Shown here: one piece after another, positions 20,847-30,349 of the stretch
How the letters are laid out: every line of letters starts with the position of its first letter
Numbering within the stretch: position 1 is the stretch's first letter
From: an uncultured Alphaproteobacteria bacterium
GTDB taxonomy: Bacteria; Pseudomonadota; Alphaproteobacteria; RF32; CAG-239
Reading direction: 5' to 3'
DNA: 64,000 nt
NCBI GenBank assembly: GCA_944393225.1
Contig: CALXZK010000002.1
Span: forward strand, 15,148-79,147
The notes under the pieces: model-generated
Databases searched by the model: none
What the model was told of the DNA's origin: nothing
What the model saw: the letters and a program-made list of their open reading frames with translations, nothing else
Position numbers and translations under genes: made by a program

Positions 20847-20899
20847 CAAGCTGGCGGCAGCTTGACCCCGCAAACACAGCGTGTTTGACGGCAAAAGTT
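20847..20899 (+). repeat. Dispersed palindromic repeat, partial copy A2
   Basis: caagctg-gcgg-cagcttgacc, then caaacac-agc-gtgtttg-acggcaaaagtt (26/29 identical to 46978-47006). Confidence 0.7.
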
Positions 20900-20925
20900 G
20901 TCCCTTAACAAACTGGAGTTGAAAT

Positions 20926-21168
20926 ATGTTAGATAAAAAACAAGCCAAACAAAATTTGAAACAAACCAGATTGAACCTTGCCGAGCAAATTATCGCTCTT
21001 AGGCGCGCCAACCATATGCGCGTGGTGGACCTTTCCTCCCAATCCGACGTACCGTCAATCTATATTGAAAAACTGGAACTCGGACTTGCCGAACTCAATA
21101 TCGGCTACCTCAACCAAATTGCTCGAACTTTTCATCAAAAAATTTCCATCGAGCTGGAAAATGTATAA
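20926..21168 (+). CDS. XRE/Cro-C1 family helix-turn-helix protein
   Basis: LAEQIIALRRANHMRVVDLSSQSDVPSIYIEKLELG...YLNQIA pattern; ggag RBS. Confidence 0.75.
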   Translation: MLDKKQAKQNLKQTRLNLAEQIIALRRANHMRVVDLSSQSDVPSIYIEKLELGLAELNIGYLNQIARTFHQKISIELENV

Positions 21169-21175
21169 TAATTGC

Positions 21176-21209
21176 AAAAAAAATACCGACGCTATGCGCC
21201 GGTATTTTT
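21176..21209. terminator. Bidirectional terminator between the HTH gene and rpmG
   Basis: aaaaataccg / cggtattttt inverted repeat. Confidence 0.7.
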
Positions 21210-21233
21210 CTAAACTCAAAAGATTGAATGAAA

Positions 21234-21401
21234 TTACTTCAATTTCTTTTCAACGAACTCTTCGTGTTTTCTAGACTTCTTGTCATATTTTTTCAAAGTC
21301 AATTTTTCCGGATGAGTTCTCGGATTCTTTTCAGCAAGAAAAAATGTGCCGGTTCCGGCTGTGCTTTCCATTTTAACTTTAACTTTTACTGCTTTTGCCA
21401 T
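21234..21401 (-). CDS. rpmG: 50S ribosomal protein L33 (zinc-free type)
   Basis: Manual translation MAKAVKVKVKMESTAGTGTFFLAEKNPRTHPEKLTLKKYDKKSRKHEEFVEKKLK; below the ORF-track cutoff. Confidence 0.92.
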   Translation of the reverse strand: MAKAVKVKVKMESTAGTGTFFLAEKNPRTHPEKLTLKKYDKKSRKHEEFVEKKLK

Positions 21402-21488
21402 TTTCTTATACTCTTTATTTTAGGTTTCAAATTAAAACATTTAGCCGCATTATGCACGTTTCCCCAAGTTTGTCAATAAATTTTTTTA

Positions 21489-22610
21489 TTATAATTGGGA
21501 ATCTATGACATATTTTGCCGCATCCATATCAAAAGTCTGCTTTTCGCGGGCTTGTTTCTTGCATTCGGCTTTCTTATTCTGATTGATAAATTTATCCATA
21601 TCGGCAACATCTTCAACGCCGTAAGTACAAATATCGGGCTTTACGCCTTTTTTATCCAGCGCTTCTTCTCCTGCCGTATAAAAATAGCCTTGTGTCAAGC
21701 CCAAGACAGCTCCGTTGGGAAGCTTATATAATTCTTGCTTGCTGCCTTTGCCGAAAGTGTTTGTTCCTACCAATTTGGCGCGGCTTTGCACTTGCAAGGC
21801 AGAAGCAACCAACTCTGCCGCCGACATTGTTTCACCATCAACCAAAACCACCATGGGTTTATCATCCGTCTTATCTTCTTCATCGGCATGATAATAAGAA
21901 AAACTACCGTCGGTTTTGGTTTCAAGAACCATAATACCACCCGCCAAAAACATATCCGCCACCTTCAATGCTTCAGAGAGCTCTCCGCCAACGGAACCAC
22001 GCAAGTCTAAGATAATTCCCTCATATTCGGGGTTATCTTGTAACGCTTGCTCCAGCTGATTGAGTGTATGCTGATTGAAAACCGCAATTTTGATATACAA
22101 GATATTTCCTTGCTTATTCGCGACGAAGCTTCTCGACACACCTTTTTCTACTGCCATATCACTCTGCCCTTCGGGATAATATTTAGAAACGCCATCCAAA
22201 CTTTGATTGATGCCGTGTTCCAAAACCGTATCCAAAACCTCAAAATCGCGCTTATGAACTTCTTTAGAAACTTTTTGTGCGGCTTTGACCATATTGTCGT
22301 TCAATCTGCTCCAAGCTTTTACATCTTGTCTGTCTTCCGGTTTAAGGTGACTTCTGACAACCCTGCCCTTATAATATAAGGTAACGCGCTTGCCATCATC
22401 TGCCACCGACAAATTTTTATCCATTTGATGCAAAGACTTCAAACCGTTTATGGCTATTTTTTCCGTATCTGACGCTTGATAATTGAGATACTTATCTTGC
22501 ACGAGCTGCAAACCGGTTTGATAAACTTCGGCATCGGTATATTCTTGGGCTTGGGCAAATGAGGATAGTAATACGCCCAGAGATATTATTCCAAAATATT
22601 TTTTCTTCAT
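21489..22610 (-). CDS. S41 (CtpA-like) peptidase, apparently lacking the PDZ domain
   Basis: Signal peptide, ILDLRGSVGG, LVDGETMSAAE (Ser), TFGKGSKQ (Lys), GVKPD. Confidence 0.85.
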   Translation of the reverse strand: MKKKYFGIISLGVLLSSFAQAQEYTDAEVYQTGLQLVQDKYLNYQASDTEKIAINGLKSLHQMDKNLSVADDGKRVTLYYKGRVVRSHLKPEDRQDVKAWSRLNDNMVKAAQKVSKEVHKRDFEVLDTVLEHGINQSLDGVSKYYPEGQSDMAVEKGVSRSFVANKQGNILYIKIAVFNQHTLNQLEQALQDNPEYEGIILDLRGSVGGELSEALKVADMFLAGGIMVLETKTDGSFSYYHADEEDKTDDKPMVVLVDGETMSAAELVASALQVQSRAKLVGTNTFGKGSKQELYKLPNGAVLGLTQGYFYTAGEEALDKKGVKPDICTYGVEDVADMDKFINQNKKAECKKQAREKQTFDMDAAKYVIDSQL

Positions 22611-24763
22611 TTGGCGTTAGACTTCTTTCTTTTTTGTTTTAGCTTATTCTTATCTTTAATTTTTTGCTTACGTTGTTTTTTAGGCAATTTTTCTTTCTTT
22701 TTCTTTGCCTTCTTTTCCGGCTTGTCTTTTTTCATGGCTTTCTTTTGCGCCATTACCTTTTTATAGCCGCCAAAGAATCTACCGCCTTTTTCGACATAAG
22801 AAACACCCTCTTCGGGGTCGATATATTTAAATATCAAGCCTCCGGTTATCGGGCTGGCTTCCAGCAAACGTGCCTGCAACTTTTGCCCAAAGTGAAAGCT
22901 CAAACCATAGCGTTGTCCGGTTAAGCTCATATTGCCTTCGTTCAACACATACATATCCGTCGGCAAGCTTGACATAGGTATCAGCCCCTCTGCACCGATA
23001 CTTTCAATCTCGGCAAACACACCGGCAGCCGATACGCCTGATACCTTAACCTCAAAATCTGTACCAATCATCGGCAGCAAATAGTCAGACACATAACGCG
23101 CCATCATCTCGCGTTCGGCATTGGCGGCTCTTCTCTCGGTAACGCATAAATGCTCGCCGGTTTCTTCAAAAGTTTTGATGCTTGCCGAATCTTCCAGCTC
23201 TCCGCCCTCAGGCATTTTATAGACTTTTACCAGCGCACGATGCACCAGCAAATCGGCATATCTTCTAATCGGGGAAGTAAAATGCGCATAATCTGTCAAC
23301 CCCAAACCAAAGTGTCCTAAATTATGTGGGGAATATTTGGCTTGGCACTGCAATCTTAAAATCAACTCGCCGACACCGGCATTGTATCCGCCATCACTGC
23401 ACATTGCCAAAATCTTGTTAAAATGCTCCGGCTTTAAAGCATTTATATCCGGCAGTTTCAAATGCAGATTATGAAGTAAAGGTTCTATCTCTTTCAGCTT
23501 TTCTTCTAAAGGCTTTTCATGCACGCGATACATGGTCGGCAACTTGCTCTTACCCAAAGCTTTGGCGGCGCAAACATTGGCGGCAATCATAAACTCTTCA
23601 ATCATCTTGTTTGCTTCAAGACTTTCTTCTTTTTCAATAGCTACGACCTCGCCTTTGTCATTAAAGCGAATCTTATATTCATTACTCTCCAAATTGAGAG
23701 CGCCGCGTTTTTCTCTTGCCATTTTTAAGGCTAAATATGCACGGTAAACCGGCTCTATTGTTTTAACATATACTTCTTTAATATTTGCCGATTTTTTACC
23801 CTCTAACGCATTTTGCACTTCTTTATAAGTTAATCTTGCCGCAGATTTTATCACCGCGCGTTTGAAGTCATATTGTATGATATTTCCCTGCTTATCAATA
23901 TCGATAAAGCAAGCAATGGCTACGCGTTCCTCTTTGGGGCGTAAAGAGCACAAATCGTTGCAGAGGATTTCGGGCAACATCGGCACAACTCTGTCCGGCA
24001 GATATACCGAATTGCCTCGCTTGTAAGCTTCTTTATCCAAAGCCATGAACGGACGAACGTAAAAGCTGACATCGGCAATGGCAACAATCAACAAAAAGCC
24101 ATCAGGCGTCGGCATGGCATAAACCGCATCATCAAAATCTTTGGCATCATCACCATCTATTGTCACCAGCGGTATGTTGGTTAAATCTTCTCGCGCTTTT
24201 TTATCTAATATCGGCAAAGAATGCGTATCTTTGATAACCTCTTTGGGAAACTCATGCGGAATATCATATTTCTCCAGCACCAGCAAAGAAGCTGCCTTTT
24301 GCAAAGCAAATGCACCGTAAGACTTTATCACTCGGGCTTGTTTGAAGCGTCTACTGCCGCCTAAAGCCACTTTTACAAAATCGCCCTCTTTAAAACCAGA
24401 GTCATTTTCCAACAGATAAGACATATAGTCTTTTTTCTCAGAAGGTTTGAGATAAAACTTGCCTTCTTTTTTCTCAACAATACCATAGATAATTTCATCG
24501 GGAATATTGGGATTACCCAAACGCATAACCGGCTTAGCCATATAGCAATCTTTGCGTTTGCTTAAGTTTGCTAAAAACTTATCCCCCATACCCAAAGCCG
24601 GTTTGAGGCGTTTGTTTTCTACCACATAAATCGGAATATTTAACGGGTTGTCGCTCGGCTCAGATGTCACGGCCGTATAATCGCCAAAATCGCTCACACC
24701 GGAAATTTCCAGCACGCATGTTTCGGGTAAATCTTTCTGTTTAGTATTGTTCTTTCTATTCAT
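22607..24763 (-). CDS. rnr: Ribonuclease R
   Basis: TIDGDDAKDFDDA, HFTSPIRRYADL, S1 domain, Lys-rich tail. Confidence 0.95.
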   Translation of the reverse strand: MNRKNNTKQKDLPETCVLEISGVSDFGDYTAVTSEPSDNPLNIPIYVVENKRLKPALGMGDKFLANLSKRKDCYMAKPVMRLGNPNIPDEIIYGIVEKKEGKFYLKPSEKKDYMSYLLENDSGFKEGDFVKVALGGSRRFKQARVIKSYGAFALQKAASLLVLEKYDIPHEFPKEVIKDTHSLPILDKKAREDLTNIPLVTIDGDDAKDFDDAVYAMPTPDGFLLIVAIADVSFYVRPFMALDKEAYKRGNSVYLPDRVVPMLPEILCNDLCSLRPKEERVAIACFIDIDKQGNIIQYDFKRAVIKSAARLTYKEVQNALEGKKSANIKEVYVKTIEPVYRAYLALKMAREKRGALNLESNEYKIRFNDKGEVVAIEKEESLEANKMIEEFMIAANVCAAKALGKSKLPTMYRVHEKPLEEKLKEIEPLLHNLHLKLPDINALKPEHFNKILAMCSDGGYNAGVGELILRLQCQAKYSPHNLGHFGLGLTDYAHFTSPIRRYADLLVHRALVKVYKMPEGGELEDSASIKTFEETGEHLCVTERRAANAEREMMARYVSDYLLPMIGTDFEVKVSGVSAAGVFAEIESIGAEGLIPMSSLPTDMYVLNEGNMSLTGQRYGLSFHFGQKLQARLLEASPITGGLIFKYIDPEEGVSYVEKGGRFFGGYKKVMAQKKAMKKDKPEKKAKKKKEKLPKKQRKQKIKDKNKLKQKRKKSNAK

Positions 24764-25556
24764 ACTTATTTATCTCCGCAATTAACGGGGTATGGTCAGA
24801 AGGTCTGACACCTCTTCTCGGGTTTTTATCAATAGCTACGCTCACCAACTTATCGGCTACACTCGGCGATAATAACAAATAATCTATTCTCAAGCCCGAA
24901 TCTGCTGCAAAGGCATTACCCGCATAATCCCAATAAGTATAGCCGACATGGTTGGGATAGAGCATACGATAAGCATCATAATAACCTAAATGCAAAATAG
25001 ATTTCAAACGGCTGATGACTTCCGGTCGATACAAGGCATTGCCGATAAAGGCTTTTTCATCATAAACATCCAACGCACTCATAATCACATTAAAATCGCC
25101 ACCCAATATTACATTCTCACCACTTGCAAGCAACTTTTTGGCATGATTATATAAGGCATCCATAAAAGCCAATTTATAAACAAATTTACTTTCATCCTTG
25201 TTATTATTATACGGCGGATTTCCGTTGGGCAGATAAATGGAGGCGACGCGATATTTTTCTCCAGCCACCTCAACCTCGGCTTCAATATAACGCGCATGCT
25301 CATCGGCAAAATCCGGCAAGCCCTCTGCCAAAACTTTTATCTTATGGCGACTCAGAACAGCCACGCCGTTATAGCTTTTTTCTCCCAGCATAACGGCATT
25401 ATACCCCAAGGCGCTTATTTCCAAAAACGGGAAAGCAGCTTCCTCACATTTGAGCTCTTGCAATAAAACAATGTCGGGTTGCTCGGCTTTGAGCCATGCG
25501 CTCAAATTTTCCATACGAGCATTGATTGAATTGACGTTAAAAGTTGAAATCTTCAT
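24756..25556 (-). CDS. xth: Exodeoxyribonuclease III
   Basis: TFNVNSI, LQELK, YLPNGN, GDFNV, RIDY, SDHTP. Confidence 0.96.
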   Translation of the reverse strand: MKISTFNVNSINARMENLSAWLKAEQPDIVLLQELKCEEAAFPFLEISALGYNAVMLGEKSYNGVAVLSRHKIKVLAEGLPDFADEHARYIEAEVEVAGEKYRVASIYLPNGNPPYNNNKDESKFVYKLAFMDALYNHAKKLLASGENVILGGDFNVIMSALDVYDEKAFIGNALYRPEVISRLKSILHLGYYDAYRMLYPNHVGYTYWDYAGNAFAADSGLRIDYLLLSPSVADKLVSVAIDKNPRRGVRPSDHTPLIAEINKYE

Positions 25557-25624
25557 ATTGTGCCTTTACTTTATTTTGTTTGGCATTGTATATTAAAAAT
25601 ATATTTTAGCAAAGGGAATTTACA

Positions 25625-26779
25625 ATGAACTTAGCAACTTATGCCACCAAGCCCGAAGATAGCCGCGGGCGCTTGTATCCGGATTTTACCAACATCATTC
25701 GTTCTCCGTTCCAACGCGACCGAGACAGACTTATCCATTCTTCGGCATTTCGTCGTCTAGATGGAAAAACGCAGGTGTTTGCCTACCATGAAGGTAAAAA
25801 CTATCGTACCCGCCTCACCCATAGCATTGAAGTGGCACAAATCACACGTACCATTTGCAAAAGTCTTAACTTAAATGAAGAACTCGCCGAAGCTCTTGCT
25901 CTTGCGCATGACCTTGGTCATTCTCCTTTTGGACACGCCGGTGAACGCGGTTTGCAAAACGCCATGAAAAAATACGGCGGCTTTGACCATAATATCCATT
26001 CCTTGAAAATTATGACCAAGACGGAAATTCACTATCCTGAATTTGAAGGTTTGAACCTCACATGGGAAACTTTGGAAGGAACGGTCAAACATAACGGCCC
26101 GATTAAAAAGATTACTAATAACTATCTTAAAGAATTTAATAAAAAATTTGATTTGGATTTGAAAAATTATCCTTCATTAGAAGCTCAAGTTGCCTCCTTT
26201 GCCGATGATATTGCCTACAACAACCATGATATTGATGATGGCTTCCGTGCTGGATTTTTCTCAATCAATGACTTAAGAGAGCTCCCTTTCATCAATGAAA
26301 TTTTGACTAAGTTTGAGGCAGAAAACCCGAATGCCGATGACAATTTGCGAATCTATTCCGTAACCCGAAACATGATTGCGCGTATGATTTTTGACGTGCT
26401 TGATAACTCACGCGAAAATATCAAAAAACATAAAATTCAAACACCGCAAGACGTGCGTAATCAGAAATGTTTTATTGTTGATTTTTCTCCTGCCATGCAC
26501 GAAGAGATTTCACTGCTTCATCAATTTTTGAAAAAATATTTCTACACCAACACATCGGTTGCTCGTATGGATATGAAATCGCAACGCATTGTTGAAGAGC
26601 TCTTTAGCATATTTACCAACGACTGGATGCTCTTGCCGATGGATGTACGCAAACATCTTGATAAAAACGCCAGCGATGAAAGAATCGCCGATGTGGTTTG
26701 CGAATACATCGCTAATATGACCGATATGCACGCTATTGAAGAACACAAAAAACTATATGATCCGCACACACGCTTCTAA
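25625..26779 (+). CDS. dgt: Deoxyguanosinetriphosphate triphosphohydrolase
   Basis: RSPFQRDRDRLIHS, RTRLTHSIEVAQ, HDLGHSPFGHAGE, ADDIAYNNHD. Confidence 0.95.
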   Translation: MNLATYATKPEDSRGRLYPDFTNIIRSPFQRDRDRLIHSSAFRRLDGKTQVFAYHEGKNYRTRLTHSIEVAQITRTICKSLNLNEELAEALALAHDLGHSPFGHAGERGLQNAMKKYGGFDHNIHSLKIMTKTEIHYPEFEGLNLTWETLEGTVKHNGPIKKITNNYLKEFNKKFDLDLKNYPSLEAQVASFADDIAYNNHDIDDGFRAGFFSINDLRELPFINEILTKFEAENPNADDNLRIYSVTRNMIARMIFDVLDNSRENIKKHKIQTPQDVRNQKCFIVDFSPAMHEEISLLHQFLKKYFYTNTSVARMDMKSQRIVEELFSIFTNDWMLLPMDVRKHLDKNASDERIADVVCEYIANMTDMHAIEEHKKLYDPHTRF

Positions 26780-26855
26780 CAAAAAGCTTGTTTGTTAAAT
26801 GATTATAAAGTTTTTCATGATAGAATCTGTACAAAAGTAAAAGTTTTGTACAGGA

Positions 26856-27824
26856 GTGAAGCGTATGTTTCCGGATTTTCCCGATGATAATAAAAATGAT
26901 GATTTTTTGAACGAATTTCGTCAGAAGATTGCTGAGCAATCCAACATTTCTTTTGAAGAAAGAAGAAACGAATTGAACAAATCTAAAAGCGTGTTTATCG
27001 GCGCTGTTTCCGGCGTGGTTTTAGCCGGTGTGGTCGGTTGGTTTATTCTTTCTCCGCGTTATGCCCAAAATGAAAATGTTGAGCTTCCGGTTATTCGCAG
27101 ACCGCAGACCGCCATTAAAGTTCAACCTACAGAACCCGGTGGTATGGAGATTTTGAACCAAGATAAATCGGTTTATGATATTTTAGATAAATCGCAAAAT
27201 GATAAAAAAGTGGTTGAGAATCTGTTGCCGCCTCCGGAAGAACCCAAACTTCCGGTTATTGCACCCAGCGAAGAAGCTGCTCCGCAAACAATTGATGATG
27301 TTTTGGCAAAAACAGAATCCGAAACAAAAAACAACTCTGTTGCGGCTGAAGCTGAAAAGATTATTAATGTTGCAACAGCTCCGAAAGCAACTCCGGCAAA
27401 AGAAACTCAGCCCGAAGCAAAGGTTAAAACTTTGTCCCAAGCCGTGGCAGAATCTGCCAAAACTGAAGCTAAAGCTCCGACCAAAGATGTGGTTAAAGTT
27501 TCTACCGATGATATAAAAAGTGTGTATAAAGCACAAATAAAAGATGGAAAAGTTGTACAACCGAGTAATATTGCGTCCGGCGTTTGGCAAGTTCAATTGA
27601 TGTCTTCCAACAATAAGGTTGCTGTCGAAAAATCTTGGAACTCGTTAAATGCCAAATATAAAATGCTTAATAACCAACCCTATGAAATCGAGGTCGCTGA
27701 TTTAGGCTCAAAAGGAACTTACTATCGTCTTAAAGCCGGAGCTTTTCCGACTCGCGATGGTGCCGATGAGCTTTGCAAAGATATTAAAGCATTAGGCGGA
27801 ACCTGTATTGTAAAGAAAAAATAA
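26856..27824 (+). CDS. SPOR-domain cell division protein (FtsN-like)
   Basis: Single TM, KVQPTEPGGMEILNQDKSVY motif, low-complexity linker, C-terminal SPOR (WQVQL...YYRLKAG...C...C). Confidence 0.85.
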   Translation: MKRMFPDFPDDNKNDDFLNEFRQKIAEQSNISFEERRNELNKSKSVFIGAVSGVVLAGVVGWFILSPRYAQNENVELPVIRRPQTAIKVQPTEPGGMEILNQDKSVYDILDKSQNDKKVVENLLPPPEEPKLPVIAPSEEAAPQTIDDVLAKTESETKNNSVAAEAEKIINVATAPKATPAKETQPEAKVKTLSQAVAESAKTEAKAPTKDVVKVSTDDIKSVYKAQIKDGKVVQPSNIASGVWQVQLMSSNNKVAVEKSWNSLNAKYKMLNNQPYEIEVADLGSKGTYYRLKAGAFPTRDGADELCKDIKALGGTCIVKKK

Positions 27825-28487
27825 ATGTTAACGACACTTGTGGCAATAATACTCAACTTTATTCCCATTATGCTGGCTATTGTTCTGCATGAAATTGCTC
27901 ATGGCTATGCTGCTCTTAAACTTGGTGATAATACGGCGAAACGTTTCGGACGTCTTTCTCTTAACCCGATTAAACATATTGATTTATTCGGGACGATTGT
28001 TTTGCCGGCGTTGTTGTATGCCTCAAATGTCGGTTTCATTTTTGGTTGGGCTCGTCCGGTGCCGGTTAATTATGCCAAAATTAACACCCGCAGAGATATG
28101 CTTATAGTAGCTTCAGCCGGTATTGTTACAAACTTGGCTCTTGCCATTGTATCCGCCCTCATCCTTTTGTTGGTAGATTTTATATCGTCGCCGTTGCTTC
28201 ATGGCATTTTGGAAGTCTTTTTTGTTAATATGGTAGTTTATAATATTGTTCTCGCCGTATTTAACATTTTGCCTTTTCCGCCGATGGATGGCTCAAAAAT
28301 CTTTTTTGGCGGCATAACCAAAACTTGGGCTCAAAGATATATTTCCGCTGACAAAGCTGGCTTAACAACCTTTTTTGCCATTGCCATTATTTTGCCTTTA
28401 GCGGGTAATCTCTTAGGACAAAATTGGAATATTATCGGATGGTATGTCATGGGCGTTTCCAAGTTTTTTATTTCCGCCCTCATTTAG
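27825..28487 (+). CDS. Site-2 protease family (M50) membrane metalloprotease
   Basis: HEIAHG, NLALAI, FNILPFPPMDG. Confidence 0.9.
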   Translation: MLTTLVAIILNFIPIMLAIVLHEIAHGYAALKLGDNTAKRFGRLSLNPIKHIDLFGTIVLPALLYASNVGFIFGWARPVPVNYAKINTRRDMLIVASAGIVTNLALAIVSALILLLVDFISSPLLHGILEVFFVNMVVYNIVLAVFNILPFPPMDGSKIFFGGITKTWAQRYISADKAGLTTFFAIAIILPLAGNLLGQNWNIIGWYVMGVSKFFISALI

Positions 28488-28490
28488 GAG

Positions 28491-29588
28491 ATGTTAATGG
28501 ATAAACCTGTTCTTGCCGCCATGCTTTCTATCTCGGAAACAAAACTTTCCGATGATGAAAAAAAGCTGTTTGAACAGTTTAATCCGCTCGGCATCACCCT
28601 CTTTGCAAAGAATATAGAATCAAAAGCCCAGCTCAAAAATCTGACCAAAGAAATCAGAGAAGTTTGCGGTCGAGACAATGTCTTAATTGCCATTGATCAA
28701 GAAGGTGGTCGTGTTCGTCGCTTGCGTGAGCCTGAATTTAGAAGTTATGCCGCACAAATTGATTTAGGAAAGACCGAAGAAAAATTCGGTTTTGAAACAA
28801 CTTTGCAAGCTGCTCATAATCATGCTCTTTTGATTGCCCAAGACTTGCATGAATGCGGCATCAATTGGAATTATGCTCCTTGCTTGGATATTGCATACCC
28901 GGAAACATCCGATGTTTTGAAAAGCCGTTGCTTTGGTAATGATGAGAAAAAAGCTGCTATTCTCGGCAGAGAAATGATTGATGTTTATATACAATCCGGC
29001 ATTTGCCCATGTATCAAACATATGCCTGGTCATGGTCGCGCCAATGTTGACCCTCACCTGCAACTTCCGGTCATTGAAAATTCATTATCCGAGCTGAAAA
29101 AAGATTTTTATCCTTTCTGGTTTAATCGTCACGCACCGGCAGGAATGACGGCACATATCGTAATTAAAGATGTTGATGATGAACATCCGGTAACACAAAG
29201 CAAAGCAGCTATTGATAAAATTATCCGCGGTGAAATCGGCTTTGAAGGGTTTTTAATTTCAGATTCAATCAATATGAATGCGTTAAGCGGAAATGTTGTT
29301 GAGCGAGCACTTGCTTGCCTTGATGCCGGATGTGATGCCGTATGTTATTGCTTTGGCTCTTTGGAAGAAACTTATGCCTTATGCAAAAATTGTCCGGTTT
29401 TGACGGATAAGTCACTGATTAGACTTGCCAAGATTGAAAATATATTCAAAAATAAATTCAAAGATATTGATTATAAAAAAATAGAAAACAATTACGCGCA
29501 GGTTTGCGGAGCAATAGAAAAATATAACGATAAATACGATGCCACCGAAACATTGCGCTTGATGAACATCAAGCCACAGGAGAACTGA
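28491..29588 (+). CDS. nagZ: Beta-N-acetylhexosaminidase
   Basis: IDQEGGRVRR, KHMPGHG, GH3 motifs. Confidence 0.93.
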   Translation: MLMDKPVLAAMLSISETKLSDDEKKLFEQFNPLGITLFAKNIESKAQLKNLTKEIREVCGRDNVLIAIDQEGGRVRRLREPEFRSYAAQIDLGKTEEKFGFETTLQAAHNHALLIAQDLHECGINWNYAPCLDIAYPETSDVLKSRCFGNDEKKAAILGREMIDVYIQSGICPCIKHMPGHGRANVDPHLQLPVIENSLSELKKDFYPFWFNRHAPAGMTAHIVIKDVDDEHPVTQSKAAIDKIIRGEIGFEGFLISDSINMNALSGNVVERALACLDAGCDAVCYCFGSLEETYALCKNCPVLTDKSLIRLAKIENIFKNKFKDIDYKKIENNYAQVCGAIEKYNDKYDATETLRLMNIKPQEN

Positions 29589-29589
29589 A

Positions 29590-29760
29590 ATGTTGGAATG
29601 GATTCTGATTATTGCCGTATTAGCTGCCATTTTCTATGCCAAAGACTTGCCGGCGTTGAAAAATAAGGCTGTTGAAGTTGGTAATCAGTTATTGCAAAAA
29701 GCCAAAGAAAAGAAAGAACAATTGGCTGAGAAGCAAAAAGAAAACAAAGAAGAAAAATAA
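29590..29760 (+). CDS. Small TatA/E-like membrane peptide (degenerate)
   Basis: Manual translation MLEWILIIAVLAAIFYAKDLPALKNKAVEVGNQLLQKAKEKKEQLAEKQKENKEEK; ggag RBS; TM plus amphipathic helix plus charged tail. Confidence 0.5.
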   Translation: MLEWILIIAVLAAIFYAKDLPALKNKAVEVGNQLLQKAKEKKEQLAEKQKENKEEK

Positions 29761-29766
29761 ATTTTT

Positions 29767-29797
29767 AACGGTGCTTTTTTAAGCGCCGTTTCTTTTT
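29767..29797 (+). terminator. Terminator of the dgt-SPOR-S2P-nagZ-tatA-like unit
   Basis: aacggtgctt / aagcgccgtt stem followed by T-rich tract. Confidence 0.6.
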
Positions 29798-29889
29798 ATT
29801 ATTTTATATGAAAAATCAAATAATTATAGATTTTATTATATTTTTGTGTTATAACTAGAATATGGGTTACATACCGTTGGAGAATTACA

Positions 29890-30336
29890 ATGAGTATATC
29901 GTCTACCAGAAAAGTATCAGGCGCGACCTTGACGACAAGAAAAAATGATCGCTTATATGCCTCAAATAATGAAAGCGAAAGTTTTGTTGAGCATATTGAT
30001 ACGGCTAACAATGTGTTGATAAAAAAGGATTTTGATGGCGAACACCAAAACAACCAAGAATATCAACAACAAAAGAAAGAACAAGCTGAAAAGACCGATG
30101 TTTCGGGAAATCAGCCGCAGACTTATGTGGCCAGCGCAATAGAAGCGTTGGAAGCAAGCGGTGCTTATGAAGAACCGGAAGAAAATACGCATGCGCGTAA
30201 TGTTAACAACATCGGCATATACGGCAATAATCAATCTATGATTTCTTCCGAGCAAAAAGAACGTAAAAGTCAATCTTACCTCAAACATTTTTATGAAAAA
30301 AATGAAGCCTTTGAGGAAGTAGACAGATTGGTTTGA
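29890..30336 (+). CDS. Hypothetical acidic, Asn/Gln-rich protein
   Basis: 148-aa ORF with ggag RBS; no motif recognised. Confidence 0.55.
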   Translation: MSISSTRKVSGATLTTRKNDRLYASNNESESFVEHIDTANNVLIKKDFDGEHQNNQEYQQQKKEQAEKTDVSGNQPQTYVASAIEALEASGAYEEPEENTHARNVNNIGIYGNNQSMISSEQKERKSQSYLKHFYEKNEAFEEVDRLV

Positions 30337-30349
30337 CTTTGACGCGTTA

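Noticed and set aside
19621-20900. xerC plus downstream palindromes as an integron (GTTAGAC at 20556-20562 fits GTTRRRY)
   Set aside because: No matching RYYYAAC partner, no cassette ORFs, the motif is not conserved in the other repeat copies, and the recombinase looks like an ordinary XerC without the IntI-specific insertion.
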